A stretch of 64,000 nucleotides of DNA, from positions 1,550,001 to 1,614,000 of the forward strand of contig OZ237737.1 in the NCBI GenBank assembly GCA_965178125.1, in the 5' to 3' direction. Made by a program: the position numbers and the translations under genes. The notes beneath the pieces were generated by a model. That model saw only the letters and a program-made list of their open reading frames with translations. It did not search any database and was not told the origin of the DNA. Positions 24,977-37,900 of the stretch are shown here, piece by piece. The DNA is from Bilabrum cf. latius (lineage: Eukaryota). Numbering within the stretch: the first letter of the stretch is position 1; every line of letters starts with the position of its first letter.

Positions 24977-27205
24977 ATGGCAGGCCCAGGATAGTTGCAA
25001 CGCAGGGTTGTTCATGGCGGCCCATTGCGCGGAAGCCCTGTCGGGAATCCGTTCTTGGCACCACCGAGCGGCTCTCCTCAACCATTTGGGGATCCGGCAG
25101 GGCAACGAAGCGATTCGCCAGCTATTGGCCAAGCGCGTAGCACAAAATCGACCACACAGCCTACCCGGGGGGTTGCTGCGAAGCCCATTCCGAGTGATAT
25201 AGAATCACTCGTGACTGCCATGTTGTCGAAGGCGGCTGGGGTTCTGTCACGGCTTTCCTCAGCTACAACCTCGGGCAATGAAGACGTAGTGGCTTCTAAA
25301 ATTGTGCAATCTTCTATGTCTGGAGATGCTTCCAAGGTGCATGCCCCGCCAGAGCTGCCATCGCATTCACTCGGTGCGTCCAGCTCGACTGCGACGCATG
25401 AAGCCATGATGCGGGCTGCAGCAGCATCCATTCGATCTGCATCGTGGACGGACGCAGCAGCGCACTCACAAGAAGCAGAACACAAGCTAGAATTGCGTGC
25501 CACTGGCACGCTAGAGGCAGACGCCGGCCCCGATTCGGACAAGACAGCAGCCGAGGCGGCGCTGGTAGCGGTGCGCTTCGCGAGGTGCGTGGCCCTTCTG
25601 CGGGCGGGCAGGGGCGCCGCGGCTCTGGATGCCGCGCGCCAGCTGCAAACATGCCTGTCCGCAGCTAATGAGAAGTCAGGTGCCGGCAGTGACTTGCCAG
25701 AAGTGCTCGCTCCTGTGCTCCTCGAAGCATCTGCTTGGCTGAGCCAGGGCCGCCCTGCCGACGCGGCCGCTGTGCTCGCCCTCGCGGCCTGGCAGGCGAA
25801 TGCGCTGCGCTCGGGAGGCAAGGAGGGCACCGGTGTGACGAGTGAGGTCAAGTCGAAGGCATAGGCTGCGAGCGGGGGAACCGGTGCTGCTTCGGGCACC
25901 TCCGCCGACACAAATGCACCGCATTGCAAGGCACCCCTTCTGGCCGCGCTGGGGAGGGCACTGCTGGAGCTTGGTGACCGTGTGACGGTTGCACCCAGCG
26001 ACGCCTACCAGCTGCTGAGCGGCGCCGTGGAGGGGGCCCGTGCCAGACGCGCGGTGGAGGGCAGCAGCAGCAGCAGCAGCAGCGGCAGCGTGCCCGCCGC
26101 CCTGGTGGCGCGACTAGCCACGGATCCGCACGATAGCGCAATGCAGTGCATGGTGTCCGCCGCAGAGGAGCTGGACGGAGAGAGGCGCGCCTCGAGCTGC
26201 GTGCACCGCATTGCGGCGTGCCTGTGTGGAAGTGTGCTCGCTTGGTCGCAGGCGGGCCGCAGTGCGCTGCAGGCCAACCGGGTGTCTGCGGCGGAGCGGT
26301 GCATGGGACGAGCCAGGGAACTAGCCGTTGAGTTTAGGAGTGCAGGCTCGGGATCGAAGAAGGGGACGGGTGACTTGGAGGCGGCGGAGGGGGCGGCGCT
26401 GGGGAGGGTCATCGAGTCGCTCCCGGCCCTGAGTGGCGGTGCATCGCACGGTGGTGCACCCGAGGTGTGGGGGAAGGACGTGCTCGTGCTTGGACGGGAT
26501 GCAGCCTCTGTGGCGTGCTGCCTGTGGTAGGACGCCGGTCTGTGCATGGTGCGGCGCGGGCTCGACTCCGAGGCCGCCGAGTGCTTCGACCTGGCAGCGG
26601 CGCTGGCAGCACGGGCCATCGGGGCGGGAGTGGGGGCGGGCGAGGGGGAGGGGGAAGGGGAGGGTGCGTTGCAAGATAGTGCTGCCGCCGCGGCATCTAG
26701 AGCCGGGCTGCCTCCGTGGGTGGGTGCAGGCCTGGGCCATGGAGCGAACAAGGCTGAGGAGGGGAGCTAGGGGGGCGACACTGCGGGCCTGCGCTCGTAG
26801 GCTAGGGGCCTGCTGGCGGCGGCGGCGGATGCTCACGCCTGCTGCGGTACCGTCGGTGTGACGAGTGCGCTGGATCTGCAGGAGCAGCTGTCGACCAGCA
26901 TGGGGAACTCGGCCCTGGCCCACGTGAGGCGGGGGGAGCTGCTCGCGGGGGTCGCTCGGCTCGAGGCAGCACTGTGCATGCACCCGCCCGTGGGCTGCAC
27001 CCCCACCCGTGCGACCAACCTGCGCACCCTATACGACCTCACGAGGACGCCCAGGAGCGCGGCGGCGCAGAAGGCGGCTGTGGCAGCGCTGGCCCGCAGG
27101 TATCGGATCACCGCGCCGGCGGCCCCTCCCAAGGAGCCGGGTGCTGGCACTGCTGGCGGAGCTGCCGCTCGCGGCGGGGCGGCGACTGCCGCTGGTCGCA
27201 GGTAA
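24977..27205 (+). CDS. TPR-like protein, possibly TRAPPC12/TTC15-related; 5 in-frame TAG; ends TAA
   Basis: Single frame with TAGs at 24992, 25862, 26528, 26768 and 26798. The C-terminal GNSALAHVRRGEL..VARLEAAL..P..NLRTLYDL resembles the TRAPPC12 C-terminus as I recall it. Confidence 0.6.
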
Positions 27206-27303
27206 TGCAGTGGGATTGGTCCTATGGTATACAAATTAGCCAACTACTGCTAGACGTCAGGTTATGTGTTTGCTTCAAGTCATGCACGGAACCGCGGCCA
27301 GAA

Positions 27304-27870
27304 TTACCCGATGAAGTTGAAGGCCGCAAAGAACAGCAAAATTGAGCAGAAGATATACTCATAAAGTCCTTGATACGAAGCAGATTTCGTATCGTATTGC
27401 TCCTTGTCTGTCATCTGGATTCGTAGCGAGCCTGCGGGAGTCGGACAAGCGTGCGATCATCAACAAGCACCGGATTGCAGGAGGTGAACGGGGCTGCGCC
27501 GCTTTGAAGGTCAACGAAACTGGCCAGTTGACTCACCTGTCAACACAAACATTCCTATCGCGCAAAAGAATGCACTTAAGAACGCATTGAACGGGAAGGT
27601 ACCGAACAGCATCATGTATCCAAAGAGCCCCACGGCAATCACGGCGCAGAACGCCATGAAGCTGTCAAGAGCCATTACCCTCGCAGATGTTTCAGATGCA
27701 TATGAGGCCCTGAGCTCATCCAAGATTCCAAAGACCTGCTGCGGCACACTCAATGCTTTGCCTACCACGCCGGAATCGGCAGGAGACGCCCTGACTCCAG
27801 GCTATGACTTGGAAGGGGTCTTGTTCGCAGCAGAGGCCGAGGACTTCTTTTTACCAGACCTTGGCGGCAT
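27304..27870 (-). CDS. DAD1: DAD1/OST2 oligosaccharyltransferase subunit; intron 27432-27536; 1 in-frame TAG; ends TAA
   Basis: LFGTFPFNAFLSAFFCAIGMFVLT|GSLRIQ...IFCSILLFFAAFNFIG-TAA. TAG at 27802-04 in the N-terminal extension. Confidence 0.92.
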
Positions 27871-28045
27871 GTTGCAATGTATATCCGCCTGGAGTGGATC
27901 AGAAATAGCTACTATCACGCGCTTACAGCTGGCCGGATCCTTTCAGCACCTTACATTGACGGAAATACCTACTGACTTCGGACCCGTTGATTGCTCTATG
28001 CAGCTTTGATTACTGCTGTATGTGCGACCGTATGCAGGTATTGTA

Positions 28046-31000
28046 ATGGAGTTAGTACACAAAAGCTGGAGGCGCGATGTTGAAAACGGTTACTGCAGAG
28101 AATGCCTGACTTTTTCAACCAGCAACGATCGAGTGGTACTTGGCAGGTAGAGGTTGCAGCTATCAGGCAAGGCCATAGAATCAGTATCTCGTAGCCACGT
28201 TGAAATTAAGCGTTCAACCGCGTGCCTCGAAGTTACCTAGCTTGGGAAGCACACGGCGACATTCATCGTGCCATCCGAATACTCAAATCGTACAGTGCCG
28301 TCCTCAGCTTTGAAACCTGTAAAGCACGGAGAATGTGAACAAGTTCCATGGGGTTCTTGTGTGATACTTGGTCTGAAGGGAGACAGCCTTCTGTTCTAGA
28401 TCCGGCGCAAACTTCCTCAAACTTCGGCGGAGGAGCCCGGTAGATTTGGACAGCAGCCAGCGTCTGCGAGTGCTGCAACGGCCGCTAGAGATCCTGGTAT
28501 GGTGCCCCCACAGCTCCCAGCGACGTAGTCTAAGAAGACTTCTTCACCTCGGAGATCGTCTGGCGTCTCCTCAAGCGCTGCTCCGCAGCCAAACCGAGAC
28601 ACCACTGGCATGCGCTCTCCTGGGTTGTCGCCAGTTGCTCGCACAGCTGTGCCAAGCGCAGCGAGCCGACCCAGTGGCACTACAGCCCTTCAACGAGCAC
28701 AAGCAGCAGCAAGGACAGGCGGGACCACCTCGGCGCATTAGTCGTCCACCGGCACGGCGAGGAGGCCAAGCACGCAGCCAGGCATTGGCCCTCACTCACA
28801 CGCACTCGATTCTGAGCCGGGATAGGGACCTCCTGTGGCGGAAATCGCATCTCATGGCGCCAATAGCATCTACCTGCATAGCCATAGTGACAGCCACGGC
28901 CACAGCCTCACCCGCGATCGCGACCGCCCAACCAGTGCTTCCGGACCTAGCGCCGGCCCCTCGCACGCCTCGCCCGCCACCAAGGCTGGTATACTTGGGC
29001 GAGTGCGGTTGTCCCTATCCCAAAGGTAGAGGGTGGTAAGGCGCAGTCCAGCGAGCCCAGGTGCAGTTGGAGCCGTTGCATTGGCATCGGCAGGGGCAGG
29101 CTCGGGCGCGGCGGTAGGCGCAGGTGCAGGTGCAGCTGCAGCAGCCGACGCCGGGCCGAGGGATCCTGTAGGTGAGGCCCAGCAGCGGCCTACTGATGTG
29201 GAAGCGGATGGGTAGTAGTCTAACTCATCGGTGCATAGTTCCCATCCACGCCGGGGCGAGTCATCGTAGGCCGGTGTCGGTATCGCTGCGTCAGGCAAGC
29301 ACTAGGCGCAATCGCCTTGCGGGCACAGCTCGGCCCAAGCCATCTGCACGGTCTGCATGCAGGAAGTGGACGAGGGCGACGAGGGCAAGCTCCCGTGCGG
29401 GCACAGCTTCTGCCTCGATTGCATCCAGACCTGGGCCAAGTGCGCCAACAAGTGCCCCAACTGCAACGAGCAATTCTTCCTGATCGAGCACCGGAAGGGC
29501 GGGGTGCTGCACGACCAGCTGCCGGTCGTGGAGAAGAAGATGCGGCTGGACGAGGAGGAGGACAGGCGGGAGGCAGAGAGGGCACAGCACGAGGAACACG
29601 CGCTGGCGTTTGCCGAGCTAGAGGCGGGGTTTGGTGGGATCGACCCGAGGGTGCTGGCGGAGGGCGTGTGCAACGTGTGCCAGTCGGGCGACCGGGAAGA
29701 AGTCCTGATGCTGTGCGATGCGTGCCAGCGAGTGTGGACGCACACGTACTGCCTGGAGCCGCCCCTCCCCGCGGTACCCGAGGGCGAGTGGGTGTGTTCC
29801 GAGTGTCTGCAGGCCAGGGCCCGGGACGAGGAGATGCGGAGAAGGGAGGCGGCGCGGCAGCTGCGGGCCCGCGCCGTGCTGGACGATGACTCGAGCGATG
29901 GGGAGGTGGAAGAAGGAGGGCTTCGAGATGGAGCCACACGCAGCAGCAGTAGCAGCAATGGAGCTGTTGCAGCTGGCAGGGGGCGTGCAGCTGGCAGTGC
30001 AGCGAGAGAACGGACGAGAGCAAGGGCGGGAACCGGCAGGGTGCCTCGATCGATTGACCTGGATAGCAGCAACGACTCTGAGAGCGAGGATGACAGCAGC
30101 ATGATGATCGTCCCGGGCGAGAGCAATCGAGGCCAAGGCCGGGCCCGAGCTGGTGCGGCAATGGTAAGAAAGGCGAACATCAGTGCCCGCGGTGCTGCCT
30201 CACTGGCGCAAGAGCACCCAGCTGGCTCGGGGGCAGTGATCGATCTTGACTCAGATCTGCTGGAGGATAGCAGCACAAGCATAGGGGTTCCTTCAGGCCG
30301 ACATGTTCGTGGTAGTAGCGGTGCTATGGCACCGGGCACATCGGCAGCATCCTCCAGACTGTCTAGGCTGAGTCGAGCCCGCGCCATGGTTAGGCGAGGC
30401 CGGACTGGAAGGCAGCCACAGCCACAGCCACAGCCACAGCGAGGCATAGCCGCTGGGGAATCTAGCAGATCGAGTCGGGTGGTCATGATCGAAGAAGACG
30501 AGGAGGAGGAGTAGGAGGAGGAAGGCAGTGATGGCGGGAAGCCGCAGCACGCTGTCAGTAGCATTCATCGAGACAGCGATGATGACGATGATAGTGGTAA
30601 TACCAGCGTGTCACGCCCCGTCCTCCACTCACGGTCTGCTGCAGCTGAGGCAGACCGTGCAGGTGCCCGGCGTACAGCTCTGCGGAAAGCAGCCCGGGCC
30701 TCCTCTGCTGCCAATATTCTGTCGCAGTCGCAGTCGCAGTCGCAGTCGCTTGATGCCTCGCAACCCTCCCCCGATAGATAGTAGCAGCCAGTCCTCAACG
30801 CCTCCGTACTGATGGGCCTCGAGACTGACACAGACTCGGACAACGACAGCTCTGACGGTCAGCGGCTGCAATCAGCGCTCGGTGGCAAGCGCAGGCGGCG
30901 CGGAGACTCCCAGCGCCGAGGCGATAGGAAGAAGAGGCTGAGACCCAGGTCGGGCTCAGCTGGAAGGCCGGAGCAGGCTGCCAAATCCAGCAGCGGCAGC

Positions 31001-31684
31001 ACTCATGCGGCCGCAAGCAGACCTGTGGGACGAGCAGTTTCTAACGTTGCGCCTCAGTCTGACCCCACAAACCTTGGCTCAGACTCGGACAGCTCGCTGG
31101 CGGCTGCTTTATACTAGATAGCGGACGAGATGGACCAGGAATACGAAAAGCAGTCGTCTAGTTCACATGTCCAGCGCCCCTCACGAGGTGGTCGTGGCCC
31201 GATTCGGTCGGCATGGGGCCAGGGTGTTGTGCCTAGACCAGTGCCCAACCAACTTGCAGCACAAGCATCCAGCGGGACGAAGCCCGGTGCACACGGGATC
31301 CAACCAGGCCAGGGCGGCTGGTCCCGCTCAGCGCTTGCTGGCCGTTCTGTGCGCCGCGGTACAACTGAAGGCTACGAGTCCTCCGCGCCCTCATCACAAA
31401 ACCGCACTGGCAATGCCGGCAAGGATCTGATGGAACGCTTCGGAAGGAGGGAAGGGGTCGTCCATGCGCAACCCCACCGGGGCAGGCCTATTCAAGTGGC
31501 ACCAGGAGGGTGGAGCCTGGCCATGGGGGGCGCCCGCGCAGCCGCTGCCGGTTAGCGGCGAGGTGGTGTGAGGGTCAATGCGGCGCCTGCCAGGCGGCGG
31601 CGGTCTGCACTCGGGGCGCTGGGGCAGGCGGGAGCGGGTGGAGTGTCCAAACCGTTTCAAATGCCGCGCCGTGCCGGCTCGTGA
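28046..31684 (+). CDS. FHA-RING-PHD domain protein (1212 aa), 16 in-frame TAG
   Basis: FHA: VVLGR*..VSRSHV..LEVT*LG. RING: CTVC..LPCGHSFCLDC..W..CPNC. PHD: CNVC..LMLCDAC..HTYCL..VPEGEWVCSEC. No TAA/TGA between ATG 28046 and TGA 31682. Confidence 0.85.
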
Positions 31685-31938
31685 GGATCCGGGTTGCGGG
31701 AAAAGTAGCCTTCCCCTCGGGGCAGGCATGCGAGGATTGAGCGGGGTACGCACTTCAGGTGGATGTACTTGTAGAGCATAGGAAGAAGTGAAACATAGAT
31801 CAAGCAATCTACAGAGTAAGAATACAGGCAGGCACGCCTTGCCCTCGCACACACCTGCCACTGTTCCCCCACACACGGTGGGGGTCGTCACCCACCAGCA
31901 ACAAACAATATCCGCCAGCGCATCAATCAACGGATCAA

Positions 31939-34900
31939 TCAGTCCGCGAGGGCCTGGTCGCGGTGCTCGAGCAGCGCCTGGAAGGCAGCCATCATGCCGC
32001 GCTTGTGGCCCTTGTTGATGGTCTCGAGGGCCAGCACGGGGCCCGCCGGGCTCTCGAGGAAGAAGCTCAGGTCCGCCTGGGAGGCCGCCGTGTGGTTCTT
32101 GCCGTCCAGCCCGTCCTTGATTCCCGTGACGCTGCTAACCGGAATGGAGCCCATCTTGGAGTGGGAGCTGTCGGCCATCTGCCACACAATGGACTGCAGG
32201 TCGTCCGTCACCAGCACCTGGTACTTGATCTTGCGCCCCCGCATCCACACAAACATGATCTTGCCGGCCGTCAGCGTGTGCCGGTGCTGCCCCAGCGCGT
32301 CCTCGACGTGCACGTTCCGCTTGCCCAGCTGGGCCTTGCGGGCGGCCTTGGCCGTGGTGGCGGCCGATGCGCTCATGCCCACGAGGGCGTCCATCATGGA
32401 GAGGGCAGACTTGGAGTCCCTCACGATCTTCTGCCTGGCCTTGCCCCGCTCCAGGGCGGGCCCGAACTCGTCCTGCACGGCCTGCCACTTGACGTCCTGC
32501 TCCTCGACGGCCTCCATGCCCTTGCGGTTCTCCTGCTGCACGGCCCGGTCGAACTTCTTGGCGAGGTCCTCCCGCTTGGCGCCCACCGACTCGACGAGCA
32601 CCTCCTCGAGCAGGTCCTGCAGGTCGTCCAGGCACAGCTTGTCCCCCTTGAGCGCCTCGAGGGCCACGGCGGGGTCCTCCGAGGTGTACTCGTCCAGCAC
32701 GGGGTCGTCCTCCGAGGCCTTGGCCGGCTCCTCGTACTCGGTCATGACGTCCCGGAGCAGCACGTCGGCGCCCTCGATGTTCTTCATCACGTCCGCGAAC
32801 TCGGTGTCCGAGGTGGCCACGGTGGACAGGGTCACCACCGCCTCGAGGATGATCATGATGTCCCCGTCGTAGATCATGAAGAGGTCCGTCAGCCTCGTGA
32901 TGCCGTCCGCCTGGATGAGCAGCGAGATGTTCTCGCGCACCAGGCACAGCAGCTTGATGAGCCTCAGGATCTGGAACGTAACGCCGCCGTCCTCCTTGTG
33001 CTTGGTCATGGCCTCGCAGATGATGTGCATGCCCTGCTCCGCGATGCTCTTCGCCGCGTCGTCCTCCACGGCCATGCTGCCCAGCGCGGCCGCCACGGCC
33101 TGCACCGCCGGCGCGCTGCTCATGTTGGTCTCGAGGACGGCCAGCAGGGACCTGGGCACGTCCAGCGAGGTGAAGGACAGGTGCACCTCCGGCAGGTAGG
33201 CCATGGGCACGGCCTGGTTCTGGTACTTGCCCAGCACGCAAAGGGCCCTGCACATGCCAGTGACCACCTCGATCTCGGTCGAGAGCGTCTCGAGCGACTG
33301 CACCAAGAGCCGCATGCCGTTGAGGGCAAGGAACTGCTCCACCGACGGCTTGGGAGGGAGGAACGTGAGCATCTCGGCGGCCTGCGCGAGGAGCTCTGCG
33401 TCCCAGTCGTGCGCCTTCATGGCGCGCACCAGCAGCTCGACGATGTCCGTCTCCTGCAGGTCCGTGGCCACCGTCTCGTCGGCGAGGAGCGCCGTCAGGA
33501 AGAACATGCAGGCCGTCTGAATGGGCGCCGAGTACGTCTTGGATCGCATGACGTCGAGGGCCTTCTCCGAGGCGGCGTCGAAGTGGATGTACTGCTGGAC
33601 GCTCATGTCGTCCTTGACCTCGCACTGAGTGGCCTGCGCGAAGTTGCCCAGCACCTCGAAGGCCAGCGCGACCGTCTCCTCGTCCTTCATGTTGGCGTCC
33701 ACGGCCTCGGCGATCTTGCGCACGGCCTCATGCTCGTACACCAGGAAGCCCACGACGGCGTCCTCGGCCGAGACATTGCCCAGGGCCCGCAGCGCCATCT
33801 GCACCAGGTCCTTCTCACCGGGGAAGTCGCGGAGCACCTGCGCGATCTCGTCTCCGCACGTGTTGCCGATGACGAGCTTGTTGTGGGGCGACTCCCAGGT
33901 GAGGCTCGACAGCGCGTTCATGGCATTCTCGAGGACCTTGATGTTTCGCTGGTGGGCCTGCATGCAGCCCTCCACGGCGCTCACGCCCTCGCTGTCCACC
34001 ACGAGGTTCACGTTCTTGCGGCTCTCGAACACGAGGTTGGCGATGGTGGCGAGGATCTTCTCGGCCACGATGGGGTCTTTGACGCAGGGGCCCTGGCACA
34101 GGCCCACGAGGACGGGGACGGCGCCAATGTCCACGATGGACTGGCGGAACTCCAAGGAGCGGCTGATGCGCTCCAGCATGTCGACGAGGGCGCGCACCAG
34201 GTCGAGGTTGTCCGGCTGCGACTTGACCGCGTCGATGATGGCCTCCACGCCGCCCGACCGCGCGATCTCTCCGCAGTTCTCTTCGTTGGACGACAGGGCC
34301 GAGAGCACCTTGGCGGTGCGCGTGGCCACTTCTGCGCTCTCCTTCTGGTGGCTGAGCACCTGCACCATGCTGGCGAGCTGGGGCTGGTCCACCCTGGCCA
34401 TGTTCTCCTCCGACTGGCCCTGCACGGACTGCGCCACCTGCTCGAGGTTCTGCGAGATGGCCGCCACCTGCGCCTGGTCCACGTGGGCCCCGCCCTGCAC
34501 CGCCGTGGCGAACTGCGCGAGGGACGCCCCGGCGCTCTGCACGGCGGCCATGACCTTGGCCTGCGCCTTGGAAGAGAACTTGAGGTCCATCACCTTGAGG
34601 GCGGCGCGCGCCTCGGCCGAGACCTCCGCATCCGCCCTCCACCTGGCCTCGATGGCCTGGAGCTGCTGGAAGCAGTGCCGGTTGATGTTGGCCTCGTTGT
34701 GTCCCTTGACCTCGGCCACGTGCTTGAGGATGCGGGCCACGTGGAGCGCCACCTCCCGGATCTCCGGGTGCACCGACACGGAGCTGGCGATCATCCACGT
34801 GTCCTCCTCGTTGGCCAGCGAGTCGATGACCTTCGCGTCCCGGTGGCGCACCACCTGCTCGATCGACTTGAGCAGAAGCGGTGCCACCTCGGCGTCGTCC

Positions 34901-37900
34901 ACGTCCACCTCGAGCAGCTGCAGGAGGTTCTCCAGTCCCTTGCTCGCCACAAAGGCGCCCGCCGCCCTGGCGTCCTGCAGCTGCGACGCGGCCACCAGCA
35001 CCACGGCGTTCCTGTTCCTCTCGATGGCGTCGATCTGCTCCGCCTCGGTGGACGTCTCCTTGAGCTTGGACCGCGTCGAGATGGCCGACTGCAGCACCTG
35101 GGCCAGGGCGCCCGCCCGGCCGGCGTCCGCCGCGTACCTCGTGCCCTGAGAGATGGCCTTGTTCGCCAGCGCCTTGAGCGCCTCGAGGCTCACGATGCTC
35201 ATCTGGCTTTCGCCGCTGCCCTGCTGCTACGAGCCGGCCGAGCCAGGGGGGCGGGGCGGGCCCCCGGCCCCGGAGGCCGGCGGCGCGGGCGGGCCTCCCA
35301 CCCCCGACCCCGCGGCCATCTGCTTCTGCAGCGCCGAGAAGAGGGCGTGCTCGCCCCCGTCCACGGCCGCGATCTGGCTGACAATGCTCTGCGCCTGCGA
35401 GGCGTCCGTCGCGTTGGCCGCCAGCAGGCCCGTGAGGAACTCGGAGCCGCTGGCCGAGGCCGCGAGCTTCTTGATGTCCTTCTGGGTGCTCTTGGTGACC
35501 GTGTCCACGCACGCCGCGACGGCGTCCTGCAGCCGCCGCGAGCCCGCGTGCTTGCGGCCCATGCGCGACAGCTCGGTCACCACGTTGAGCTCCACCATGG
35601 CGTCCACGGCGCTCGAGTCCTGGGCCATCTGCCCCATGCACTCCGCCGCCGCCTCGGCCACGACGGCCTGGTCCTCGTACAGGGCCAGCGTGTCCAGGGT
35701 CACCTCCACGGCGTCCTTGAGGTTGATGCTGCCGGGCTCGGCAAGGGCGGCGAGCCTCGACATGGACCGCAGGCCCTGCGAGATCTGGTCCGGGGTGGCC
35801 AGCTCCGACTCGGCCACGAGCCCCACGGCGTTGGACACCGTCTCGAGGAAGGTGGCGGCGTTGGTCTTGGTGACCACGCCGTCCACCACCATGTAGTTGC
35901 CGACCTCCTCGAGGGCCGCCAGCGCCTCGTCCACCGAGTCGCGCATCTTCTGGCCCCCGATCTCGTCCAGCTCCTCGAGGGCCTTGCACGCCTGGGCCAG
36001 CTTGCTCGTCAGCTCGCCCGCGTCGCGCTTGGCGCCGAACGCGCGCAGGGCGTTCTGCGCCGCGGCGATGACGCCCTTGTCCGTGCCCGAGGCGTTCATG
36101 CTTGCAAAGATGAAGCCCATGGCGCCCGCCTGGTTGACGTCCTCGGCGGCGTCCGCGTCCTGGCAGGCCAGCGACACGAGGTTCATCACGTCCGTGGCGC
36201 ACCCAGAGTCCTGCAGGTACTCCTGGTGCTGCGCCACGGCGCGCATCACGCGGCGGAACGCGCCCGCGTCCGAGAGGGCCTTGGCCTCCTGGGGCCCCTG
36301 CGCCGCCAGCCCCGCCAGCACGCCCACGGCCGAGCGCAGCACCTCGGTGTTGGCATCCTCCATGCAGATCTTGGACAGGGCAGACTTGGCCGCGTCCACG
36401 GCGCCCACCTTCTTGGCCGACTCGGCCCCCTCTGGCCCGCTGCACAGGCCGCCCAGGACCCCGAGGGCGGACGCCACGGCCTGGGGCGCCCCGTCCTCCA
36501 TGTTCTCCTCGAGCCACTCGGCCGCCATGGCGCCCGCCTCGGTGGCCGCCACTTGCTTGCGGCCCTCGGGGCCCGATCTGGCCAGAGACCCCAGCGCGGC
36601 GAACCCAGCCTTGGTGGCCACCTCGTCCTGCTGCAGGACCTTGAGCTGCTCCACCATGGTCCCCGCCACCTTGCCGCCCAGAGAGCCCTGCACCGCCTGC
36701 GCGCCCTTGACGTCCGAGGCCGCGATGGCCGTGATCGCGTCGAAGCACTCCTTCACCGCGAGCCCGCGCTGGAGCGTCTCCGAGACGTCCGTCACGGCGC
36801 TGACGATGGCGTCCGTGGAGCCGATGGCCGAGGCCACGTTGGCCACGGCCTTGATGGCCATGGGCAGCATCTCCTGGCACTCGACCGCCTCCTTGGCGCG
36901 CTTCTCCTTCTTGGCGTCCGACTCGGAGCCCTTGGGCACGGTCTCCGCCTTCTTGAGGCGGTCCATGACGGAGCGGGTGACGTCGGCCAGCTGCCTGTCG
37001 CCGCCCCCCTTGGCGATCTTGGCGGCGTTGGAGCCGACCGAGGACACGTGCCCGATGCGGGCCAGCACGGGCCGCATCTTGTCCGCCTTGGTCTTGCCCT
37101 TCTCCTTGGCGGCCGTGCCCAGGGAGGTGAGGTCCTGGAGGTAGGTGTTCACGTCCGTGTCCACGACCAGCTTGGAGAGGACCTTGGTGGTGGCCTGCGC
37201 GACGCTGGACCCAGAGGCGGAGAGTGCCTCGGCCGCGTCGATGATCGTCGACACGCCGTCCTGCTGCCGGAGGGCCTCGGCGCCCTCGGTGGTCATGGCC
37301 ACCCGCTGCATCACGCTGAGCATGGCCTCCATGGGCCGCTCGAAGGTGGGCGTGCTCAGGTTGGCATTGATGGTCTCGATCACCTGGCGGGAACCGCCGT
37401 CCCTCGCGATGGCCACTGCGCCCGCGTCGGTCGCCGAGATCTGCAGCAGCGTGTTGGAGGCGTTGAGCACCACGGCCGCGCTCGAGGCGTTGACGCGGAG
37501 GGCGCGCGCCGCCGCCTCGACGCCCCCCGACCTGGCGATCTCGTTGGCGTCCAGGCGCGCCATGTCCTCGATGACCCGCATCGAGGAGCGGACCAGCTTC
37601 TTCTTCTTGGGGTGCAGCTTGACCGCCTGCACGACGGACCGCACCACGCCCGAGGACTTCATCATGCCCCACACCACGGGGTTCTCCTCGGCCAGCGCGT
37701 GGAAGGTGGAGCCCGCCACCTGGCACAGCCCGTTGAGCAGGGTGGCCTGCTTGGGCAGCTTGCTCGCCTGGGCCACCTTGGTGGTGGCAGCCGACAGCAC
37801 CTTGAGGTTGTCCTCCGTGGCGATCCTCTCGGCGTTGTGCGGCAGCACCATGAGCGCGCTCAGGCAGCTCACCGCCTCGGCCGCGGCGCGCGAGTCCTCC

